DNA of 64,000 nucleotides from Takakia lepidozioides (Eukaryota; Plantae; Bryophyta): NCBI GenBank assembly GCA_030704615.1, contig CM060731.1:67766001-67830000 (forward strand), given 5' to 3'. The notes under the pieces were generated by a model, which did not search any database, had not been told where the DNA came from, and worked only from the letters and a program-made list of their open reading frames with translations. Both the position numbers and the translations under genes were made by a program. Shown one piece after another: positions 11,701-23,700 of the stretch; the first letter of the stretch is position 1; every line of letters starts with the position of its first letter.

Positions 11701-14700
11701 TCTTACCTGCCCATTTATAACCAATGACATCTCCAACCAGTTTATCCGACGTTTCCCATGTTTCTTGCCCAGCACAGATATGAATATCATTAGAGAGAGA
11801 GAGAGAGAGAGAGAGAGGTGATGGCAAGACATACAGACACATGATGACCAGAGAGGTGGTGGTGCAATGACTGAAAGCAGGTGAACGCATTTATTCATTC
11901 CCATGTAGCAGGAAAGCGCATTACAACAGCTTACGACCTATGCCGCGACCTGACATGTGACGAAGGAGTCGCAGAATTTGACGACTTAGGGCTCGGTCCC
12001 CTTAATCGACACCCTCTGGTGATCCACTATTTCTCTCCGCCTGCAGAGGGTGATGTGTTGAAGATTACGGCAGCTGAAGTTATTCAGCACCTCTCAGATT
12101 TCATTGGGGACCCAGGACCCAGCGCAAACGTTGAACTTGAGAAATTTATGGTATTCCTGCAGAAGGAGCGAAAGACTCCCACACGCCAGCATCTGTGTGT
12201 TCGAGTACAAAGCCTTGGGTACTGTTTTCTCTTGAAAGCTGGATAGTGCTAGGTTTGACATCGAAATCGCAATAAACTTCTTTATCAGAAGAAACCTCCA
12301 GTGTGACTGGGACACCTTCAGGGTTTTTCTTTGGAATTAAGATAGGACTGACTAATGTAATTCTATGGGCATGGTTTTTACTTGAAGGTTGCACATTGGG
12401 GCTGTGCTGCGGGCAAAGAGGGCAGAGGTACAGTCAGTCAGAAACTGGGAAGCCCTGGCACGCACACAGTTTGAGTTGAAGTCAAAATCCAGCGTGATAT
12501 CACGGGTCACCGCATTCCTTTCATCAGAAAATCCTGCAGCAAAGGTTGAAGCCAAAAAGCTCAAGCGCAAACGGTGGACTGTTATTGATTTATCAGATGA
12601 TGAGACAAGCAGACCTGAAAAGAAAAGTCAGGGGGACACGGATGCCTCCAAGAAGAAGGCTGTCATGAGGGAGATCATTGATAAATTGCCTGGTGCCAGA
12701 AACTCGCTGGGCCCTTCAAATTGCCCCTATCCATCAGCTGCCGAGGAGAATGCTCGGGCTAAGAGGCAGAAGAACCTGCAGGCAGAGCTTGAAAGAGAGT
12801 GGTGGGAGGGTGGTCAGTTATCATGGACAGCGGTTGCAGACTTTCTGATCATCTTGAAGGATGCTTGCCGTGGTCGTACTGTCTCACAGGTACTGAATAC
12901 CTCTGCCGTCCTCCCTTCCTCTCTCTTTCTAGGTTTGAATTTTTAGTGAATTGTCCCATCAGCGCAAAGGTCCCATTTCTTGCCTCTCATCCACACTGTC
13001 CACAGCTGCAAATAAGTGGTTCTACTTTTCTGTCCAAATTGGCACAAGGACCTTCCCAGAAGGTGTTTAAATTAATTTCACGTCTGCACTCTGACACTCT
13101 GTCTCTTAGCTACTTTTGTTCTTGTAGTCCTACTTGGTCCCATGGCCCTTGGGGGCAGTATAAAGTTTCTTCTTGCTGTCCCTCTCTTGCTCTCTTCGTT
13201 GAAGCAACCCTTGGCACTAGATTGAGATTCAAACTCGGGGCGGGGAGTCTACCTTTGAACTAAAAACAGATGCAGAGAGGAAAGGTAGACTGTCAATGCC
13301 CGATGTGCGGGTGGCCTGAATCCAATATCTATTTTCTGGTACAATGGCCGGGGTGTTCTCATCAGAGGGTGACCGTCTTCAGGACCATCAAGAACATAGT
13401 CCCTGCACCTCTGTTTACCAACTTTGAAAATCTTGAGGCTGTGCCTAAAGCCCTGGCCCAGCTGGGGTCTAATTGCTGGGCAGCTCACACACAGCAGATT
13501 GATGCTACTTTCTAGAGGAAAACTGGAGAGCCCAAGCCAATTGTTTATACTTAAGGAAGTCCCACTACTGGAGTGAGCCCCTCACAAAGCTAGTGTCTGT
13601 TCCCTCTTGTTCTGCCCAAATTGGGGGCGGGGTCTATGGCCACAAGGCTACATCAAACAACGTCTCTTGAGTACGTTCTCTCGCTATCGGTGTCAGCCCC
13701 TGACAAAGGTAGTTTCTGTCCCTTTGTGTCCTGCTCAAAACTGAGTGCGGGGGTCAATGGTCACAAGGCTATTGCAAATAACGGCTTATTAGCTTTTTTG
13801 TGTTCCGCTCAAACTGGGCGCGGGGTCAATGGCCACAAGGTTACGGTAAACAATGTCTTATGAGTACATTCTCTCTTGCTCATTTGGTTCTTTTTTGAAG
13901 TAGTTTCTTATTGCCCTATTTCGACCCCTAGGCCCTTGGGGGCACCCTTGTGGATGTTCAAAGGTTTTTTTCTTTCTTACACACACTCCCACACCTGATC
14001 TCAAATTACTCTAACTCAAAGACAATGTCTTCATCTGAAGGTGCTCGAGTATTTACTGGACACAAGGACTTCCAACATGTACTGGAAGGCTGCTGTCAAG
14101 AAGACGAAAGTAGTGGCGGTCTTCAAGGAATACCCTGCAATTGGCTTGTTGTATGCTGCGGTACCAACATTACCCTTGTGGTGTCTTTAGTTTTGTGTGG
14201 ATCAAGTTCATTGCTTTAACTCTTGCTCACACCCCTCTGTCCTTGGATGTGGTTATTGAAGATCGGTTTTTTAATGTCTCAAGCTTGGTCTATAGTTTGT
14301 GAAGCATTTGTAGGGTTGTTCTTTGTTGGTAAAACAGCCATTATTGGGATGTTCAGTTGGTATCTTATGGGTGCAGGTCATGTCAGTGAAAGTGGGACAT
14401 TGGGATAGTCTGTATGATGCCTTTCAAGAGGAGTCAGTGCAGCAAGATCAAAAGATGACTTCCCAAACTGTTGCTATCACAGGTCCTATTGATGTTGGCT
14501 GTGCCCCAGTAGCCCATTTCCACTCTCCAACAACTGAACCGGGAGTAGCAGGTAGTTGCATGATTTGGCAGTACTATCATAATTGCTGCAAGCTACTCAC
14601 ATTTTGTTGTGAGGGAAGTTGACCAGTGAGAGTCAGGTGGGGTGGATTTTGATACTGCCATATTGAACTTTTCCATCTTGCTTTCTTGAAAGGAGCACAT

Positions 14701-17700
14701 TCTCTGCTCTTATAGTGTGAGCATGCAGAGAGACTTGCCATTGGCTTTACTTCTGCTTTTCCTCTCCTTGGCAAGATTCGATCTCACTACGCCTGATACT
14801 GGAATTGTCTTGAGATTGATTTTAATTGGGAAGTGAAGGTGCTATTAATGATTACGGATGTGCAGCTCCCAAGAGCACGGTCGAAAGTGTTGTTGAAAGG
14901 AAACCGTGTACAAATGCGCAAGTTCCACTGCACCGGGTGCTAGCATTCATCAGCCAAGCAGTATTTGCATGTGAAAATGGTGGGGTAACCTCTCACAGAC
15001 GTCTTTCCAGCCTTGTTTGCCGACAGTTCAACATCCTCAACATTGAAGACTTGGGTGCCGGCTCTCTAGATTTCCTAGTAAAGCAAAGCAAAGAGATGCA
15101 GTTGGCAACCCCATCAAACGCCTCCGTTTTTTTCATGGGTGCGCTGGTTCCTGGGATGGGGCAGAGCGAGGCCGTGGAAGAATCGCAGGAACCTGTCATA
15201 CACGTGGAAACCCTGAGTAAGGTTGGTGTTTTAGGTAGTATGATGAACACTGATGCCTTGAACTGTTTGAAGGGAGCCCCCATGCTGGTAGATCTCACCC
15301 TTTGGTCACAGTGGAATGCCGTCTTTGCCCCTACACAAGGGCCTCTGCTTGATTGGCTGGAGCGAGAGGGCCCCACAAGTGGCATCCACTCTTTAATGAC
15401 GGATGCTGGACTGATTCTAAGAATTGACGGGACTGCGACTGTTGACCAGTTTCTAATGGCTACTGTCAAGGGTCATGGAGAGCAAGTGGCTGCACAATTG
15501 GTGTCACTGGTTGCAATGTATGGTGGAGTTGCCCATGCACCATTAGCCCTCCTAAAGACGCATGCCACCAAAGCTATTGGTGTGCTTTTGGACCCCTTCA
15601 CTAGCAACCCCTTGGATTACGTCAGCGAAAATACCTTCAGCAGTCTCAGTGAAAGAAATTTTGCACATTCGAAGAACATGGCTGTAAACTGGGCGGATAT
15701 GCACCAACCGCTGAAGAAAGCCTGTTTTTCTCCTAGCACTAATTCTGGTAATATGATGCGGAATAGCCTCAGATATGGGAATACGAGGGAAAAAGAAACT
15801 CGTGCCACCACAGTGGCTATGTTTCTAGTGAAGGTTATGTATACTATGCCCAGAGAGCTTAGGGTATTTGCAGCTGAAATATTTTTGTCAGCCTTCTCTT
15901 CGGCTATACCAGGGGCTCACTCCATCATAATGGATTCATGTCAAATCCTTGAGCATTCCCTGATGCTGCATGAAGTGGGCCTCCAGATGGGAATACCTGA
16001 GTGGATTGATGATTTCTCTTCATTTGTGTTGGCAACGACGTCCTCTGAAGATCCTGGACAGTTGTGCAGGGACCAGTTGACAGAGCCCAACATAAAAGAA
16101 GCCTGTAGCTTTACAGTTGCTGCAACTAGCATTGGTTCATTAGAAAACTCTTCAGTCTGTGCTAGTGGGCACCGAGAGCAGGCAGGCTTAAAGTTGGAGG
16201 TAGAAAGTATTGGCAATGCAGGATACATTTCCTGTATACAGACTGGGAACGATGAAACAGTGAATATCAAAGGATCAACTGAGTTGGCACCCACAGATTT
16301 GCTGCCAGAGGCAGGAATGGATTCCGAATGGGAACCCTACGAAAGGCTTAAAAATACTGAAGAGGTGGCTGCGCAGACCTTCAAGCAGAAGTTGGAGGAG
16401 GGAGCAAGTGGGGTAGAGGAGGAACTGCTTGCAGGGAAGTGCCAAGTGGCAGATGGAAATAGGGTCAGGGACAATGGAAAAGAGGTCGTGGAAGCGATCC
16501 GACGTGACGAGTTTGGAGTAGGACAGGACCTTGAGAGCCGAGAGCATGATTTACTTGCCAGACAGCATGCGCGGATGGGCCGTGCGCTCCATCGACTTTC
16601 TCGGGACTTATATTCTCAAGACTCTCACTTCGTTCTTGAATTGGTGAATTCATCTTTACCTTGCCAATGGAACTCTCAAAGGTCCATGGTTTGACTTATG
16701 TTTGTTAGGTTCATGATTTTATCAGCCAGTACATGAACAAGTTTGAAAGTTCTCTACAAAGGTATGAAGTTGATTGTTCTCATTCTTCTTTGTCTAAAGC
16801 CCATGAGGATGTGTAGACGCGATAGTCCAGTGGTAACTATTACTTATAAACTGGGTTACAGGTTCAAAATGCAGATGACAACACTTATGAAGTTGGAGTC
16901 AAGGCAGCACTGGTGTTTGTCGTTCGGCATGGCCATGTTGTGGTGCTCAATAATGAGAAAGGCTTTACGCCAGCTAATCTACGTGCCCTATGTGACGTGG
17001 GTAACTCCACTAAGGCAGGCACCAACACTGGCTACATTGGTCACAAAGGCATTGGCTTCAAGTCCGTTTTCCGGGTAAATGTTCTAGGCTATGTTTCTCA
17101 CCATCTTGAGAGAAAATGTGGGTGATTGATGGGTGCAGTGAAATTCCCCCTTTTCCCCTTGTCTGTCTCAACCTCCGCACTTTTACATTGAAGTTATGGA
17201 GCAGCTACGGAGTTCCCTTGTCTAGTATCTACCTCTTTGATGGATATTGTTGGCTTGGTTTTCTTACAGGTCACGGATTCCCCTGAAATTCACTCGAATG
17301 GATTTCATGTGAAGTTCGACATCACTGAGAGTGACCTTGGCTTTATACTCCCGACTATTGTACCACCCTGTACTGACTCTTTTGAAGAAGTTTTACATTT
17401 GGTTGAACAGAAAAGAGGGACCTCTGAGAATAATCAGGCCAGTTGGAACACACGGATTGATCTGCCCATCAAAGCTTCACTTCGAGATGGCCAAGCAATG
17501 GATTCCTTAGCAGCCAAGTTTGATGACATCCATCCTTCCCTGTTGCTCTTCCTCCACCGCCTGCACTGTATTGCTGTGCAGAGCGAAGTCGTTGACTCAA
17601 CTCAGGTCATGTACCGTGAAGATGTAGGCAATGGGCTTGTTCGTGTGGTGCACAATGGAGGAAGTGCCATGTGGCTGGTTGTGAAACACCAGCTCACGGC

Positions 17701-20700
17701 AGCTGTCCCTCGGGCAGGTAGAACATTGACGGAGCTTGCTCTGGCATTCACATTGCGGGAGCTTTCTGGTGGGCAGTACGAGGCCAGCCCTGAGCAGCAA
17801 CAAGTGTTTGCCTTTCTTCCTTTAAGGGCCTATGGGTTACGGTTTATTGTGCAGGGAGATTTCATCCTGCCTTCATCCCGAGAGGATGTGGACAGGGATA
17901 GTGCATGGAACCAGTGGCTGCGGTCTGAAATTCCTGAGGCTTTCATCAAGGCTGCTGATTTTTTCAAATCGTTGCCATCTCTGGAAAGCGCAGGAAGAGC
18001 AATGACCAACTACTTGCGATTTGTGCCGTTGGAAGGAGAGGTTGTGGGGTTTTTCTCTCCCTTGCCACGAATGATTCTTGGGCGATTGCGTACTACCCCT
18101 TGCCTGCCGATTGAAGGAGCGGAGAAAGGGTGGGCATTGCCCTGCATGCTTTTGCGAGGGTGGAACGACACAGTCCGTAAACTGTTGCCTGACCCCTTCT
18201 TGAAAGAGCATCTAGGGCTCCAATATTTGGACGGGGAAGTGGAACTCTCTAATTCGCTGGCCTCAAGCCTGGGAGTGCAGATGTATGGAGTGCGCACATT
18301 GGTTGCCATAATGAAATCTCTGTGCCTGAAGAAAGGTGGATTGGAAGGCATGGGACCAGAGTGGGTCCGGGACTGGCTGATTGCTCTACACGACTGCCTT
18401 CTTGCTGAACAGCACAGGACCCAGTTTTTGCCACAGCAGGAAACAGATGGTCTTTTCCCAGGAGACCTTCAGACTCTGCAGTTTATCCCTTTGTCCAATG
18501 GAACATTCACAGCTTTGGTCGATGGGCCTGTGTGGTTTTCTGGTCAATCAGTGGAGCATAGTAGTGTGATCAATAACCCTCTTTCTTTCTTCCCTCTCCT
18601 CTTGTCAGAGTTGAGAACTGTGCATCCCCTCTTAATGAAAAACACAATTGACTGTGATGCTGGTCTTATGAATCACTTGAAAGTCAATTCACTCAAGGGC
18701 TCTAATGCTGAAAATACAGGGAAGGTTACCAGTATTCTCCAGAAGCTGGGGGTGAACCCAATTTCAGCTCATGAGGTGATGAAGAGCCATGTGCTGTCAG
18801 CTATGGCAGAAGAGAGTTGCTTGATAAGAGAGACACCTCTCGTGGTGCAATTCTTGGGGTACATCAAGTGCCATCTGGAATCTGGCTGCACTCAATGTAC
18901 ATTAGATAGGGCAGATATCTTGGTGCAACTTCAAAAGAGTGCAATAATTCTCACGAGTAATGGGCTCCGCCGGGCAAGCAGAGAGCAGATCCATTTTGGG
19001 GCCACAATGGGAAACCCATTTGATGTAAGGAGTATTCTGGAGGGCACCCCAGTCAATTGGAACGAGGTGGATGCAACTTATCTCCAACTTCAATCCCCAG
19101 AGGACCAGGGTTCCAGCCCTGAAAGTTGGCGGAAGTTTCTCCAGGGGTTAGGGGTTACAGATTTTGTACAGATGGTCTCTTTGGAGAGACACATCCAGGA
19201 TAAGGCTGCAACCTTATGGCGGAGGGCAGAATGGGAGGGAGATGGTAGGGCGGGAGGTGGGTGGGTCGTCCAGGACTCAGAGTCCCCAGAATTGCTAGAA
19301 ATCTTGAATGCAGTGTGTGGTCTTGAGGAGGAGGCAGGAAGGAAGGGAAAGAAGGCTTATAGAAAGGCTATTTTCAACTGCACAAGCCTCCTGTCAGCTC
19401 TTGACAAACTCTGGGATGAGGAGTTTTCCTCCTTCTCTAAAGGAACATACAGGCTTGCAGGGCAGCACAGTGACACTATCAGGCGAGAAACTGAGGCATC
19501 ATGGGTGTTGCAAATGCGAGAATTTAAGTGGGTGTTGTCCAGTTTGGATGGACAACTGCACCTACCGACCACTCTTTTCCAGCGATGTGAGGCCGTGAGC
19601 AGGATTCTGGGCAGCCATGCTCCTTATGCCCTCCCTCAGGTTGGCATCGTGCATGTGGGCCTGATAAGCAGAGTGAAAGTTTGGTCTCCAGCACTTTGTT
19701 ACCTCTAGGATTTGGATATTTTCAGAGAACTTGACAAATACAAGTTGGATCATCTCTTGCACCCACTACAAGCATCTCCGAGTTCCAATTTCATGTGTGC
19801 ATTCCTATCGAAAGGTAGTTCATAGTTCCTCTTCTGTGCATGTAACCCTAGTTTTTTCACTTGTGTGTTCGGGAGAAGCAGATGCAAAGCACTGGGTTGA
19901 TGACAGCACTTGGCCTCCGCACTGAAGTCAGAGTAGATGACGCTCTCGTTCTTCTCCGTCATTGGGGTGAAAGTAATGGAAAGATTGAAGCAAGGTAATC
20001 TCTTATTTAGTGACTGATGTGAGAAGATAGATTCTGTAACTGCAGATTGTAAATGGTGTGGTTGAAAGTCAAGTGCTAGGATGAATCTTGTTCAGGTGAT
20101 GTATGTTGTACGAATTCTGAAGACAGTGGTATACACACTAGAACACAGTCTTGCCAAAAGGTTAAATCTAGACCCTGAGAAAGAGAGAGAAATTTATTAT
20201 CTCAGGGGGAAGCCCGAAGAGCCCGAACTTGAGTAGAACCACACCCTAAAACCACTGAAAGAGAAAGTAAGAAACTTATACATCTACACAGGGCCCCAGG
20301 GCCCATAAGAAAGTGGGACAGAGGCTGCAGTCAGGCTATTACACTGATCACAGACCCTTTCTGGTTTTTCTTTTCTGGCAAAGGGAGGGGAAACCGGAGA
20401 ATTATTCCAGGAAAAGAAATGCCAACCCAGAAGCTTGAAGCCTCTGTTTTTACTCGAGGATCTTAATCGGTTTGGTTGACTTCAACAGTGTGGCGCAGAT
20501 GGCACAGTTTTACTTGTTCCTGTCGGAGAAGATGCCAACACATAAAGAAGAGGTGTTGGCCGTCATCAGATCAACACCGTCCATTTTTGTACCGTGGAAG
20601 GGAGGCAGTGCCCGTGAGAGAATCTTGGAAGGAAACTTGTACCTGGTGGAAAGTGTGTGCTGGAGTGATCCAACAGGAGCTCTCCAAAGCTTGATTTCCA

Positions 20701-23700
20701 TGAAAGGGACAGCTTGTGAACGAGGGTCCGAACCCTCATCATCTGCTGATCAGGGAGCTCTTGCTGTGAAACCCTTGAGTGGGTTCTACCCAGAGCTGCA
20801 GGATTTTTTTGTGCGAGAGTGCCTAGTTCAAGAGACACCCAGTTTTGATGGGTATCTTAGTATCCTCCAGAGTCTTGCTGCTCTGTGCCCTCCCTCCAAG
20901 GTGTTGGACCAGGTGATTATATCCTCAGTTCGAACCATGCTTGGATTCTGTTTCGAGATGTTTTCGTCAGCAGTCTTCTTGCCCTATGAATGCAACTGTA
21001 CTTCTTGTTTTGGAATGTGACTAATACAGAACCGAACACAGACTCTTTAGATGCATGTATTCCCAGCTTCAGCAAGCACATACAACCCTTTTGACAAGAA
21101 GGGTTCTTCTTGTTGTGGCAAAGTGATAATTTTTCTCCCAAACATTGCAGGTACTGGAAGTTTTTGCAGCATGGTCCTGGGAGATAGAGTGCGGAAAAGT
21201 GACGGAGGCAGAGCTATTGAGATGGAAGGCACAGCTCCAAGACGTAGGGTGCATGGTATTACCCACTGTGCAAAACAATTGGGTGTCCCTCAGTGACCAG
21301 GCTGGGTTCATTTGTGTGTGCGATGATCTGAAACTTGGAATGGAGTTCCGAGATGCACAGGATGGTCTACACTTCTTACAAATTACATGTACACAGTTTC
21401 CTGAAAATGCTGTTAAGCATAAGCGGGACGTGCCCATCAGGCGGACTATGCAACCCCTACTATCGGCCTTAGGCATCCCTCTCCTGTCCCAGGTTGTGTC
21501 CTTGTCATTGCTGTTCATTTTTTTGCCTCCTTGTGCTGTTGAACTTAGTCAGAAGCATTATCAGATCAGTCAAATAATGAAAGGCAGGTGATGTATATCT
21601 ATTGTGGAGAGAAAAACATGTGCTGGTCATGTTGGTGGTTTCTCTCCTTTTGCAGAGTGCAGAGTTGCTGCCTTTTAACTGCCTAACTAACGAACACAAA
21701 TGACAGGTCGTGGAGCGTGAAGTAATCACACATGGATCACATGATGGATCACAACTTGAAGCTCTCATCATGTGGGCCCTTCCATATGCACAACGTTATG
21801 TTCGACACCATCACTTTGAGCATTACAAAAGCTTACAGAGCATGGGCATTGTAGAGAGACTGAAGAAGCTGAAATGCTTGGTTGTGGATCAACTATACTT
21901 TCGCTACAGTCTTCAGAATGGTCGACACCGGTCGCTGCATCGAATTGAATGTGGCTGCGTGCTTCAGGTCTGCCGCTTCAATCCAGTTACCCCGCATTTC
22001 ACGACAGTGGTGCTATTTGTGTGAGTGTGTTTGTGTGTGTCTCTGTCTGCCCCCTGGATATGGGGTGATGAAGAGATCCCTGTACTCCTTTCCTACACAT
22101 ATCTTGGTGTTGAGTTTTCCTCTAACTCGAACTGGGATGCGCATTTACAAGAAGTGATTCAATCAGCTAATCGCAAACCTTTGGGTCTCGCTAAATTTTT
22201 CCACTGCAGAGGGATTAATACTGAAGTTAAAAGGACCATGTTTGCAAGGTTATTAGGCTGGCCTTGGGGTACGCATCTGCTGTGTGGATCAACCATGCTA
22301 AATCAGAATCCATTCAGGTCGCGGTGCTCAAAGAAAGCAAGTCGGCTTGTTCTAGAACAGCTAATGTGGCTGTTCGGGGCGAGTTTGGCATACCTCCCTT
22401 CAAACTCTCGACCCATTCAAGTCAGATGGTGGGTTCAGTTGAATCGCATGCCTAATACCAGATACCCTAGGATAATCGACGCGAATTCCTGGAAGCAAGA
22501 CCGTCCTGCTAAATAGTCTAAGGGTAGAAGAGATTCTCAAGTATCTGAATACTAGTCCAGAAGAATCAACCTCACTGGATGAAGCTGACCTGGAGGGTGT
22601 TGTGTCCAAAGCCATGTCTGATGCGCAAAGACTGTCCGATTGAAATGAAGTTGGCATAAAACTTCACTGAACTTGTTTCCAGTCTGAACTGAATCAACTT
22701 CAGGCTGATGACAGAGGGGAGACTGTCATAAAGCACTGTCTCCCCTGATGACAGAGGTGAGACTGTTATAAAGCACCATTTCATTCATTTCATTTTCATA
22801 ACAGAGCAGTAGTTGCTTTTGGGCTGTTTTTTGGCTCTGGTTTTGTTTCCTCTCTCTTGTTTTTTCCATTTTGTCCCATAAGCTCTTTGAGCTTTCTGTG
22901 GACGTTATGAAGTACCATTTCATTTCATTTCATTTTTCTCTTTCTCCCTCTTGCTATCTCTTTTTAAACTTGGAAGGGTTTGAATTCACAGGGCTCTTTT
23001 CTCCACACTGCAGTCTCGCAAGCCAAGGATCATTGCATGGTTTATGCTGAGCTTTCCCGATTCTTCTTTTCCAATCAACCCAACCTGCAGCTGGCCAACT
23101 TCTTGCATCTCATTACTCTCATGGCCTCGTTGCGATCACCAGAAAGAGATGTCGAGTCATTCACCATTAACGGGCAGGGCATTCAGCAGCTTCCAGATGG
23201 GGATGTCCCTTGGACTGTCGATTTAACCACCAGAGAGGAGCCCCCTGCCAATTTGACCTCATTGACTGAGAGAATACCCACCCCTGGCGAGATGTATCTA
23301 CAAAGACAGGTTGATCTTGAAGAGTCCAGGCTCCAAAGGGCGAAAAATTCTCGGGTATATTCTGGGTGGCCTCCTCGCACCTGGGTTCCTGTTCCCAGAG
23401 TGAAAGCCATGGCTACCTTTTCTTTTAAAGAGGATCAGCAGACTGGGACATCATTGGCAGGTGTCAGAAGGACAGGGACTGTTCCTAAAGCTACTTCTCG
23501 AGATTTGCACATGGAGATGAGTCATGGGGATAGGGTAGACAGAAGGCCTCCCACAGAAGAAACTACCATTTCCTCTCGTGAGATGGTCCCAGAACATTCT
23601 ACAGATGAGGATAACTCACATGGTGCTTCGAGACTGTTCACCACTTCGGAAGGGCCACCTCAGACAGAGACACCCCTGCCTGTCCAGCCTGTTCCAAATA

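Noticed and set aside
8612-11890. 1092-aa ORF as a complete protein-coding gene
   Set aside because: Both ends are read-through of (CT)n microsatellite and intron sequence; only ~8748-11791 is LINE coding sequence.
22705-22780. Hammerhead ribozyme (CTGATGA twice)
   Set aside because: No GAAA core at the proper place; ATGACAG pairs with CTGTCAT as a simple hairpin.
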